Source of the DNA: Kiritimatiella glycovorans
GTDB lineage: Bacteria > Verrucomicrobiota > Kiritimatiellia > Kiritimatiellales > Kiritimatiellaceae
DNA: 32,000 nucleotides
Direction of reading: 5' to 3'
Assembly (NCBI RefSeq): GCF_001017655.1
Contig: NZ_CP010904.1
Span: 2,220,001 to 2,252,000, forward strand
The position numbers and the translations under genes were made by a program. Below, in pieces: positions 14,767 to 23,600 of the stretch. The notes below the pieces were generated by a model. That model did no database searches. It was not told the origin of the DNA and saw only the letters and a list, made by a program, of their open reading frames with translations. Numbering within the stretch: the first letter of the stretch is position 1; each line of letters begins with the position of its first letter.

Positions 14767-15690
14767 ATGAAGATACTGAGAATCATGTTTGTGTTTGTAT
14801 TGACGCTTGCGCTCGGCGCCACGGCGTGGGCCACGGATTACACCTGGGACGGTACCGGCGACGGTACGACCTTTGATGACGCGGGAAACTGGTCTCCGGC
14901 GGGGTCCGCATTCACCACGAATGATCATTATACAGTAGACGACGGATCGGCCGTCAGCGTCACCGGAACACTGGATATCCAGTCCTTCTTTTTGGCTGGA
15001 AACGACGGAAGCATGACCATCGAGGAGGGAGCGTCGGTCTCCATCAACAAGAGCGCAGAAACTCATATTGATTCGAGCTCTACGCTGACGATTGACGGGA
15101 CGCTCTCGACGGGCGCCTATCGTTACGACCTTCGGGGGAACGGCGGTACGCTCAACATTATCGTCAATGGAACCCTGGACAGCGAACCCGCCAACAACCT
15201 GATGAGCACGGGATGCAATATGCTCATCGATGTCCATGGATCCATGGACTTTGGGGTAGGTCCAATGGGCCGCGTAGCCGGGGGCGGTCAGCGGGATCAC
15301 ACCATCAGCATTTTCACCAACGGCGTAGTGACCATGCAGAGGGACCTCCAACTCCAGGCCACGAATGGTCATACCGCCTCGGTCCGTCTGATCGGGGGGG
15401 ATCTGGATATGGGTACGCTGAGTTACCTCTATGGCGACCTTAACCTCTCGGACGAGGATAACGGGATCATCTTTCAGTCCGCCGAATCCTCCGTGTTCAT
15501 GGACGGGGACCAGACGAACACCGTTCAGGGCTGGATCGACGACGGCGCGCTCTCGTCGACGGTCGGGGACCTCCAGGTCCGATACGATGCGGGCAGCGAC
15601 CTCACGACCGTCATCCCCGAACCGGCGACGATCGGTCTGCTCGGCGCGGCGATGGGCGGCCTGATGCTGCTCCGTCGGCGCATTCGATAG
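14767..15690 (+). CDS. PEP-CTERM-anchored secreted protein carrying an uncharacterised ~295-aa module
   Basis: The track ORF starts at 14725. ATG 14767 has a GGGAGA RBS and gives the signal MKILRIMFVFVLTLALGATAWA. The C-terminus VIPEPATIGLLGAAMGGLMLLRRRIR is PEP + TM helix + Arg cluster, i.e. an exosortase sorting signal. The body starts YTWDGTGDGTTFDDAGNWSPAG. Confidence 0.85.
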   Translation: MKILRIMFVFVLTLALGATAWATDYTWDGTGDGTTFDDAGNWSPAGSAFTTNDHYTVDDGSAVSVTGTLDIQSFFLAGNDGSMTIEEGASVSINKSAETHIDSSSTLTIDGTLSTGAYRYDLRGNGGTLNIIVNGTLDSEPANNLMSTGCNMLIDVHGSMDFGVGPMGRVAGGGQRDHTISIFTNGVVTMQRDLQLQATNGHTASVRLIGGDLDMGTLSYLYGDLNLSDEDNGIIFQSAESSVFMDGDQTNTVQGWIDDGALSSTVGDLQVRYDAGSDLTTVIPEPATIGLLGAAMGGLMLLRRRIR

Positions 15691-15789
15691 CCCGGCGACG
15701 CAGCGGAGCGTTCCATTCATACCCGGCATGGAAACATGCCGGGGTCTTTGTACACGGATAAGTACATTATCGCGGCAGGGAGAGGTCTC

Positions 15790-18759
15790 ATGAAATCATT
15801 CAGCGCGCGGCTGGTTTGCATGCTGCTGCTTTCCGTGGCGGTCATACCGGCGGGGGCGGCGCCGTACAGCTGGGACGGCGGAGGCGACGGCACAAGCTTC
15901 GGCGATGCGGGGAACTGGAATCCGGCGGGGTCGTCGTTCACCACGGGAGACGATTACGCGATCGGCGACGGATCGTCCGTGAACGTCACCGGGACGGTGG
16001 AGGTCGGGTCCATCCGGCTGTACGGAAGCGAAGGGAGCCTGACCATTGAAGAAGGCGCGGCGCTCTCCATCGCCGACTCGACCAGCGGGACGATCTCCCA
16101 GATCGATGCGTCTTCGACGGTGACGATCGACGGGACGCTCTCGACCGGTTCGCAGCGTTACGATATCCGCGGACAGTCGGGTACGGTCAAGATCGCCGTC
16201 AACGGAACCTGGGACGCAGCCCCCGCCAACAACGGGATTACCGACGACGCCAACGTGCTCTTCGAGGTCAACGGCTCCATGGATTTCGGGATCCGCCACA
16301 GCTTCGGCCGCGTAGCCGGGGGCGGTCAGCGGGATCATCGCATCAGCATCTACCCCGGCGGCACCGTCACGATGCAGCAACCCCTTTCGCTGCAGGCCGC
16401 CCACGGTCATACCGCCTCCATCCGCCTGACGGGAGGGACGCTCGATATGGGCGGCGAGACCTACGAATACGAGAAGCTGGATCTCTCGGACGAGGATAAC
16501 GGGATCATCTTCCGGGATGCCGACTCGACCCTCCGGTTGAGCGGCGATCGGAGGGATCGCGTTCAGGCCTGGATCGACGACGGCGCCCTCCGCTCGGAGG
16601 TGGGCTCGCTTACGAGCCGATACGATCCCGCCGGGAACACGACGACCGTACTGCCCTCCGCGGCGGCCCCTGCGGCCCCTGCTGAGCCGGCGGAGCAGCC
16701 CGCCCGTCCAACGCAAGCCGCCGCGAAGGGGCGTGTCCGCATCCATGCCGACACGCCGTGGATCGTTCCTGACGCCTATCGCCGGCAGGTCACCGTCGGC
16801 AACGAGCCCGTCATGCGGGCGCTGGAAGACGTGAAGCGCGACTGGTACAAGGTGTTCGGTCACCGCCCCGTCGTACGGCCCCGGGCGCCGCAGAACTGGG
16901 ACGGTCCGATGATCGTCTTCGGCGTAACCCCGGACGGAGACCTCCCCCGGGGGCCCGAGAGTTTCGCCCTGCGCGTGCAAAGAGATTCCGGCGGGCCGCG
17001 CATCCTCGTCAACGGAAACGACACCCGCGGACTCATCTTTGCCGCCTATGCCCTCTCGGAAGAAATCCTCGGTGTGAACCCGTGGTATTTCTGGACCGGT
17101 CACGAACCCGAGGCGCGGCGGCATATCGACGTCCCGGCCACGCTGAACGAGACGTTCGGCCCTCCGACCTTCCGTTACCGCGGATTCTTCATCAACGACG
17201 AGGATCTGCTCGGCCGTTACTCGCCCGATCCGCTGCGCGAGACCGTCTATTCGCTCGACATGCTCGACCGCATCTGCGAGACGATTCTGCGCCTGCGGGG
17301 CAACATGATCGTGCCGGGCACCTTCAACTTTCCCGACGAACGCTGCTGGGAATTCGCCTCCCGCCGAGGTCTGGCGCTGAACATGCACCATATTTCCGTG
17401 GTGGGACTGCTCACCTGGCGCTGGCCTGAGGATGTGCCCTATTCCTACCGCAAGCATCCGGAGATTATGGAGCGCTACTGGCGCCAGTGTATCTCCGCCT
17501 TCGAGGGCTTTGAAACGGTCTGGACCGTCGGATACCGCGGCAAACATGATCGTCCTTTCTGGGAATATGAGACGGAGGTCAAAACCGCAGAGGAACGGGG
17601 AGCCGTCATCACGGAGGCCATGGCCCGCCAGGTGGAACTCATCCGCGAGGTGGACCCGGACGGCATGATCATAGCCAACCTCTGGGAGGAAGGCAGTCAG
17701 CTCATGCACGAGGGGCACGTGACACTGCCGGAGGGCGTGGTGCGGGTCTGGGCCGACAACGGCGGCGGGGTCATCGACGACGACGGTGCCGCCCGGGCCG
17801 GAGACGGCATCTACTATCACACCGCCATGATGGGGAGTATGCGCAACCAGCTGACCGAGCTGGTTACCCCGAGCCGGATCTACCGGGAACTCGGCCGCTT
17901 CGCGCGGGCCGGGGGCACGAGTTACCTGCTGGTCAACGTCAGCGACGTTAAACCGGTCCCGCTCTCCACCGAATGCGCGATGCGCTTCGCGTGGAACGCC
18001 GATCCCTACCTGGACCGGACGGACGAGCAGAACGGGGACGCGTATCTGCTCGAGTGGAGCCGGCGCGAGTTCGGGGAGGAAGTGGCGGAGGAAATTGCGG
18101 AGGTCTATGAAGGCTACTTCAATATTCCTTACAAGCGCAAACCACCCCACCGCGGCGCCAACGCCAATCACACCGTTCTCAGGCGCCAGCTCGACGGCCC
18201 CGCCGCGCCTCTGCTGGCCGCGGGCGAACCCCTAACAAAAGAGATCCTCGCGAATGCGGAGGAACTGCGGGCCTTTGCCGCATCCAATATCGCCTACGTG
18301 AAAAAACTGGCGGCCGAAGCCGAGCCGATTCTCGATCGGTTGCCCGAGCCGCGGCGCGCATTTTATCAGGAGCATGTGCTCGCCCAGATCCAGTTCCATC
18401 TCCAGGGCCTCATCATGCTGGAACAATACTGCCTGGCGCTGGAGGCGTACGATCGGAACGACACCGCCCGCGCCGTCGCCTGCGCCGAACAGGCGCTCGC
18501 GGCGTGCGAGAGGATTATCGAATCCATGCATGAGGCCGAATCGGGCCGCTGGACGACCTGGTATTACGGCGACGGCAAGGTGAACGTCGAGGACAGCCGC
18601 GACCGGATACGGGTATTGCTGGCCCGGCTGAATGGCGAGCCTCCGCCTCCGACGCGGCCGCGCAGACAGCATATCTTCGACTACCAGGAGCAGGAGAGGT
18701 TCGAGGGCAACTTCCCCTACCTGTACCCGCACTGCGACGGGAAACGCGTGATCGAGTAG
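15790..18759 (+). CDS. GH115-like glycoside hydrolase (alpha-(4-O-methyl)-glucuronidase family) with an N-terminal paralogue of the preceding PEP-CTERM module
   Basis: The track ORF starts at 15736. ATG 15790 has a GGGAGAGG RBS and gives a signal peptide. Residues ~24-300 align with CDS 14767-15690. A Pro/Ala linker (AAAPAAPAEPAEQPARP) follows. GH115-type motifs then appear: ILVNGNDTRGLIFAAYALSEEILGVNPWYFW, FRYRGFFINDEDLLG and ICETILRLRGNMIVPGTF. Confidence 0.75.
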   Translation: MKSFSARLVCMLLLSVAVIPAGAAPYSWDGGGDGTSFGDAGNWNPAGSSFTTGDDYAIGDGSSVNVTGTVEVGSIRLYGSEGSLTIEEGAALSIADSTSGTISQIDASSTVTIDGTLSTGSQRYDIRGQSGTVKIAVNGTWDAAPANNGITDDANVLFEVNGSMDFGIRHSFGRVAGGGQRDHRISIYPGGTVTMQQPLSLQAAHGHTASIRLTGGTLDMGGETYEYEKLDLSDEDNGIIFRDADSTLRLSGDRRDRVQAWIDDGALRSEVGSLTSRYDPAGNTTTVLPSAAAPAAPAEPAEQPARPTQAAAKGRVRIHADTPWIVPDAYRRQVTVGNEPVMRALEDVKRDWYKVFGHRPVVRPRAPQNWDGPMIVFGVTPDGDLPRGPESFALRVQRDSGGPRILVNGNDTRGLIFAAYALSEEILGVNPWYFWTGHEPEARRHIDVPATLNETFGPPTFRYRGFFINDEDLLGRYSPDPLRETVYSLDMLDRICETILRLRGNMIVPGTFNFPDERCWEFASRRGLALNMHHISVVGLLTWRWPEDVPYSYRKHPEIMERYWRQCISAFEGFETVWTVGYRGKHDRPFWEYETEVKTAEERGAVITEAMARQVELIREVDPDGMIIANLWEEGSQLMHEGHVTLPEGVVRVWADNGGGVIDDDGAARAGDGIYYHTAMMGSMRNQLTELVTPSRIYRELGRFARAGGTSYLLVNVSDVKPVPLSTECAMRFAWNADPYLDRTDEQNGDAYLLEWSRREFGEEVAEEIAEVYEGYFNIPYKRKPPHRGANANHTVLRRQLDGPAAPLLAAGEPLTKEILANAEELRAFAASNIAYVKKLAAEAEPILDRLPEPRRAFYQEHVLAQIQFHLQGLIMLEQYCLALEAYDRNDTARAVACAEQALAACERIIESMHEAESGRWTTWYYGDGKVNVEDSRDRIRVLLARLNGEPPPPTRPRRQHIFDYQEQERFEGNFPYLYPHCDGKRVIE

Positions 18760-18793
18760 GTCCGACCGCCTCTGCTCACAGACCCGCAGCGGG

Positions 18794-18837
18794 CCGCGAG
18801 GTGCGGACGCGTGATCGCACGCGCCTCGCGGTTCTTC
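18794..18837 (+). terminator. candidate intrinsic terminator after the GH115-like gene
   Basis: CCGCGAGG (18794-18801) pairs with CCTCGCGG (18824-18831), with an inner GCGTG/CACGC stem. It is followed by TTCTTC. Confidence 0.4.
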
Positions 18838-18881
18838 AAATCCACTCCGGAAAACACCCCCGACCCCTGAGTTCAACATTG

Positions 18882-18999
18882 GGAGACCCGGGGGAATATC
18901 GTACTCGTACTGAACCCGCGCCTGAAGGCAGGGATTCTGCTGGACAGCAGAAGGCCGTCCGCCGTGTGCGTACTCGTACGCGTAATCGGTCCCTGCCTT
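18882..18999. repeat. composite interspersed repeat (copy b, compact form of 9445-9797)
   Basis: See 9445-9797. This copy is closed by a 10-bp inverted repeat, AAGGCAGGGA (18925-18934) / TCCCTGCCTT (18990-18999). Confidence 0.8.
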
Positions 19000-19058
19000 T
19001 TCTACTCCTGAGAAGGAACCTCATCGGAGCAAGGCCCGCCATCCACTAAAAATCCTGC

Positions 19059-19148
19059 TCGTAGTAGCGCCTGGCCTGCCCCCGGCAGGCCAGGCGCGTG
19101 AAGATAACGGCCCTGGCCCTGCTTCGCAGGCCTGCGGGCCTACTACGA
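19059..19148. repeat. 90-bp multi-stem palindromic structure (outer 9-bp stem enclosing two hairpins)
   Basis: Outer stem: TCGTAGTAG (19059-19067) / CTACTACGA (19140-19148). Inner perfect 14-bp hairpin: GCGCCTGGCCTGCC-CCC-GGCAGGCCAGGCGC (19067-19097). A second small hairpin CCTGC-TTC-GCAGG lies near 19117-19130. Confidence 0.75.
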
Positions 19149-19162
19149 ACGTAAGAGAGCGC

Positions 19163-19240
19163 GCACGATCTCTTTGCCTGCGCTCTTCTCATTCATCTTT
19201 GCGATCTCTGCGCCTTGGCGAGAGTCATGTCTTGTGTTTT
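19163..19240 (+). repeat. direct repeat unit, copy 1 (period ~175 bp)
   Basis: TTTGCCTGCGCTCTTCTCATTCATCTTTGCGATCTCTGCG...CTTGTGTTTT matches copy 2 at about 90% over the first ~50 nt. Copy 1 carries extra CCTTGGCG, which pairs with CTCTCGCCAAG at 19289-19299. Confidence 0.8.
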
Positions 19241-19337
19241 TTGTCAGCGGCGGCACTCCGTCCGCTGAAGTGACTTCAATCCGTTTTTCTCTCGCCAAGC
19301 CGCCAAGGTCGCCAAGGAATTTCTTCCTTCGAGGGGG

Positions 19338-19407
19338 GCACGATTTATTTGCCTACGCTGTCCTCATCCATCTTTGCGATCTCTGCGAGAGACCTTTCTT
19401 GTGTTTT
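19338..19407 (+). repeat. direct repeat unit, copy 2
   Basis: TTTGCCTACGCTGTCCTCATCCATCTTTGCGATCTCTGCG...CTTGTGTTTT. Confidence 0.8.
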
Positions 19408-19485
19408 CGACCACGGATTACACCGGGGACACGGATGGGATCGCGCCTGCGGCGGTCCGAGTACGAGTACGAATTATGTTCACCC

Positions 19486-19512
19486 CTTCATGCTCTTCAT
19501 GTCCTTCATGGT
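19486..19512 (+). repeat. three tandem 9-bp units CTTCATGNN
   Basis: CTTCATGCT-CTTCATGTC-CTTCATGGT, followed by GAATCCC. It lies about 220 nt upstream of the PEP-CTERM gene start at 19729. Confidence 0.75.
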
Positions 19513-19728
19513 GAATCCCATTCTCTCTCCCCACGATCGCGATTCTACGCTCCCCCTGATCTTCCGCACCCCCCCTTTTTTTGGCGCAAATGTGCATTAT
19601 TTTATTTTTGAAGGTTAATTATGCATGCAGACTGAAGTCGGACTAATATGCATAGCATATACGAGGGTAATTCACAGCGGCAAGACTTGTGGATTGCGAA
19701 ATGCAGAAAACAGACAGGGAGGAGAGCG

Positions 19729-20481
19729 ATGACAGGTACAGGTTTATTCAGGCCCATGCTCGCCCTTATCGTCACGGGGCTGATTACGGGAGCGGCGCAT
19801 GCCGGCCTCATTACCAACATCACTGAAGGATTCGAGTATACCAATACTACGGAGCTTTACGACGCGGGATGGTCACACCTCTATGGCGACCAGGGGGACA
19901 TGGTTATGGCGGACGAGAACGTCAACAACCGCCTGCCTCGCTCCGGTACGTACTGCCTGCTCGCACCCTCGAACCATCAACCCAATATCGTGCAGAAGAC
20001 GTACTTTGCCGGCGGAGTCACCAACGCGACGGTAGAGTTCTACCTGATGCACCGGAATATCAGTTACCTGAATTCAGCCGACAGCTGGATGCGCCTCTAC
20101 GCGGATGACGGCACTTATATGTACCTGAAGATCAACTCGAGCAACGGAAGCCTGATTTACGATCTCAATGGCGCGGGTGATGTCACGGCTCCCGACGACG
20201 TTACGGACCACGATTCCAACGGCGGACTCTGGAACAAATTTACGTTCGAGTATGATTCCGAGGGCACCTGCGTGATGTCACTGAACGATGATGTTCAGTT
20301 CACGAACGCAAACGCCAAAAACTTCAGCAAAATCGCCCTCGGAAAATCCTGGAACGATGATTTGCGAGGACGCCAGTCAGCCTACGATGATCTGAGCATT
20401 TCGGTCATTCCCGAACCGGCCGCCCTGGGACTGATGGGGCTGGGCGTCGCGGCGCTGCTTCTCCGCAGAGTGCGATCTTAA
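19729..20481 (+). CDS. PEP-CTERM-anchored secreted protein with a concanavalin-A-like/LamG-like lectin-fold body (fold assignment tentative)
   Basis: The track ORF starts at 19648. ATG 19729 has a GGGAGGAGAG RBS and gives the signal MTGTGLFRPMLALIVTGLITGAAHA. The C-terminus VIPEPAALGLMGLGVAALLLRRVRS is a PEP-CTERM signal. GC is lower than in neighbouring genes. Confidence 0.8.
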   Translation: MTGTGLFRPMLALIVTGLITGAAHAGLITNITEGFEYTNTTELYDAGWSHLYGDQGDMVMADENVNNRLPRSGTYCLLAPSNHQPNIVQKTYFAGGVTNATVEFYLMHRNISYLNSADSWMRLYADDGTYMYLKINSSNGSLIYDLNGAGDVTAPDDVTDHDSNGGLWNKFTFEYDSEGTCVMSLNDDVQFTNANAKNFSKIALGKSWNDDLRGRQSAYDDLSISVIPEPAALGLMGLGVAALLLRRVRS

Positions 20482-20520
20482 AGGATCGAGACGCGCGGCG
20501 TGCTCGGTGAATCTGCCGTA

Positions 20521-20547
20521 GAGCGGCTCTTCGAGTCGCTCTTTTTT
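20521..20547 (+). terminator. intrinsic terminator after the PEP-CTERM lectin-like gene
   Basis: GAGCGGCTC-TTC-GAGTCGCTC is a 9-bp stem with one G-U pair. It is immediately followed by TTTTTT (20542-20547), about 40 nt after the stop codon. Confidence 0.6.
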
Positions 20548-20629
20548 GCTCCCTGCGCGTGTTGACCCGCGCCGGGACCGATACTAAAGCGGGGCGACGC
20601 CCCCTTCAGTTTACAGAAGAGATCGGAAC

Positions 20630-23600
20630 ATGCATGCCCTACAGAAACGATCCGTCAGACTTACAGGCCTCATACTGCTGCTGTCGACCGCCGCCGCGGG
20701 GGCGCAGTCGTCCTCCCGCCTTACCGACTTTTCCTGGGCGCCGGAACCGGGCGGCGACTGGCGGGTCGAGGACGAAACCCTGACCGGCAAAGACCGTCCG
20801 CTGACGGCGGACGTGGATGCGCACGACTACGTTTTTCGGGGAGAGGCCCGCTGTATCGAGCGGGACGGGGTGGCGCAGATCTGGCTCTCATTCCGCTACC
20901 GCGACCCCTGGAACCGTTACGCGGTGGCGCTGCGCGGCGGACTCATGGACGACCTGATTCTGTACCGCTACCGGGAATCGGACGGCTCCAGCCCCGATAT
21001 CCACCTCGGACACTTCGCGCCGCTGGGTTTTGACCTCAAGCCCGGACAATGGATTCCGTTTGAGATCCGGGTCGTCGGCCCCTCCATCACCATCAGGGCG
21101 GGGGATGTCGCCGAACCCCAGATGGTCTTCGAGGATACCGGGGGGCTCACCCGCGGCGGCATCGCCGTCGGCGGCAGCTGGCACCGCTGTGAATTCCGGG
21201 ATCTCTCGATCGAACCCGTCGAACCCCGCACTGCGGGCCGGTTCTCAGACGAGGCGATCCGGATCAATTTCGTCACCCCGACCAACCCCGCCGCCTCCGG
21301 CGATCTCGTATCCGACGGAAGTGCCTTCAACGAAGCCGCGGGGCTGGGCTGGAACCGGGATGTCCGGCGGTACACGCGCGCTCGAAAGGACCGCGAGGAC
21401 GTGCCCGCGGAACAGTTGTCGGGGGTGTGCGTGGCCCACGGTCTGGATCGCGCGACGTTTCGCTATCGGCTTGAAAACGGCCGCTACTGGGTGACCCCCG
21501 TGCTGGGCGACGTGGAGTATCCCTCCCGCGCGGAGGTGCGAATAGACGAGCAGCGCGTGCTGGAACAGGAACTGGCGCGCAACGAGTTCCTGCGGCGGGG
21601 GTTCCCGGTCGAGGTCACGAACGGGGAACTCGCGCTGACCTTCGTGTCCAACCACCCCGACGGTCAACAGGGGCTGTTCCTGTCCGAATTGATTATCGAA
21701 CCCTGGAAGGACGTCGGGGAAGATAAGCTCGCCTCAAAAGAGGAGAAAGCCGCTGCGGAGCGGCGTCGGCTGAAACAGCAGCAGGAGAAACGGCTTCGCC
21801 GGCGTCAAGGCTACCGCGCTCGGAGCATGGACGCCGACACCCTGACCCTCGACGGCGACTGGCTGTTTCTGCCGGGGCGGGAGACCGGAGAGGCGGACCG
21901 GCCGCAGGCGCCGGCCGAAGCCGACGAGGACTGGCATGTGGTGGACGTGCCCGCCTTTCTCAATCCGATCTCCTTCTGGTGTCTGACCGGAAACCGCGGA
22001 CAGGCCTACGGATTCAGGCATCACGAGATGCGGCGCGTCGAAGACCTCACCTTCGACGTCCGCGACCTGCAGTCCGGCTGGTATCGCCAGTGGTTCGAAC
22101 TCCCGGAAGGAGGATCCGGGGACGGGCTGATCGCGGAGTTCGACGCGGCGGCCATGAACGCCGCCGTTTACTGCAACGGCGAGCCGGTGACCCGGCACTC
22201 CGGAATGTTCGGGCGTTTTGAGGCGGACCTCACGCCCTTCGTGCAGTGGGGCCGAACCAATCTGCTGGCGGTCTACGTCTCCAGCAACACCCGCCAGTTC
22301 AGCCGGGAGGTGGACACGGTGGCGGTCTCCGTGGAGGTGACCGAGGATATGCTCAAGTCTCTTCCCCGCGGGTTCTACCATCCCGCCTACGACGGCATGG
22401 GGCGCCGGGTGACGGACCGCCCGATCGGCCTCTGGCAGCCCGTACGCCTGAAGCGGGTATCGCGCCGCGTCCGGCTGGAGGATCTCTTCTTCAAACCGCG
22501 CACCGACGGGGCGGACCTGCAGCTCGACCTGCGCAACACCGGCCGCTCGCGCGAATCCCTGCAGATCGAAGCCGAAGTGGCCGGCCGGACCTTCACGCGC
22601 AGCACGGAGGTGGAGCCCGATCAGACCCGGAGAGTGACGCTTTCTCTCGATCCGGACGGCATCGAGCCGTGGTTCCCCCACGACCCGAATCTGTATACCT
22701 TGAAAACGACCGTCCGCGCCCTCCGTGACGGATCGGTCCTGGCGCAGGACACCCGGGAGGTCGGCTTCCGGACGATCGAGGTGGAGGGCACGCAGATCCA
22801 TATGAACGGACGACCCTACTGGCTGGGCGGCGCAAACATGGGACCGCTGGCCTACCGTCCGAACGACGCCGCACTGGCCCGGCGCTTTCTGAAGCACATG
22901 CACGAGGCCAACCAGCGCATTATGCGCTCGCACGGCTTCCCGCCGACCGAAACCTGGGCCCGGGCCGCCGACCGGTACGGGGTGGGCCTCTCATCGGAAG
23001 GCGTCTGGCCCTGGCTGATGATCCGCAACTCCGAGATCCCGGACCGGGCCCTGCTCGATCAACACAAGCGGGAGACGATCGAGATCATCAAACGGCTGCG
23101 GAATCATCCCGGCATCCTCGTGTGGACCGTAGGGAACGAGCAATACTTCATGGATGATCGCGATCCCGAGCGGAAGAAAAAGAAGTGGGCGTACTTCCAG
23201 GAACTGCTCGACCTCTACCGCACGTACGACGGCACCCGTCCGGTCATCCTCACCTCCGGGTACGTAGCCCACCCGGGACAGGCCGAATACGTCGAGGCGC
23301 ACGGATTCGATGACGGCGATCTGGCCGACCCGCACCTCTACAGCGGATGGTACACGCCCAGCGTGTTCTCCGATCAGTACGCGGAAGGACGCTACCTTCC
23401 GGCCACCCGCAAGCCGATCCTCAGCCAGGAGGCCTCGACCGGCTATCCGAACGACGATACGGGCACCTCCGAGCTGCACTACATCAAGCTCTTCGTCCCG
23501 CAGATCTGGGTGGGCGACGATGCGTTTCCCGACCGGAACCCGGACCGCTTTCTGCGTCACCAGGCCGTGGTGACCAAGGAGTGGATCGAAGACGTACGGC

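Noticed and set aside
19174-19611. 145-aa ORF (and the overlapping ORF 19349-19618) in the long intergenic region
   Set aside because: The translation is built from the direct repeats and the CTTCATG array (FAISAPWRES..., LHALHVLHGE...). It has no RBS and no domain-like sequence. I treat it as non-coding repeat DNA.
20562-20588. Possible promoter TTGACC-(15 nt)-TACTAA upstream of the GH2-like gene
   Set aside because: The spacer is short (15 nt) and the -10 is mediocre. It is plausible but not strong enough to list as a feature.
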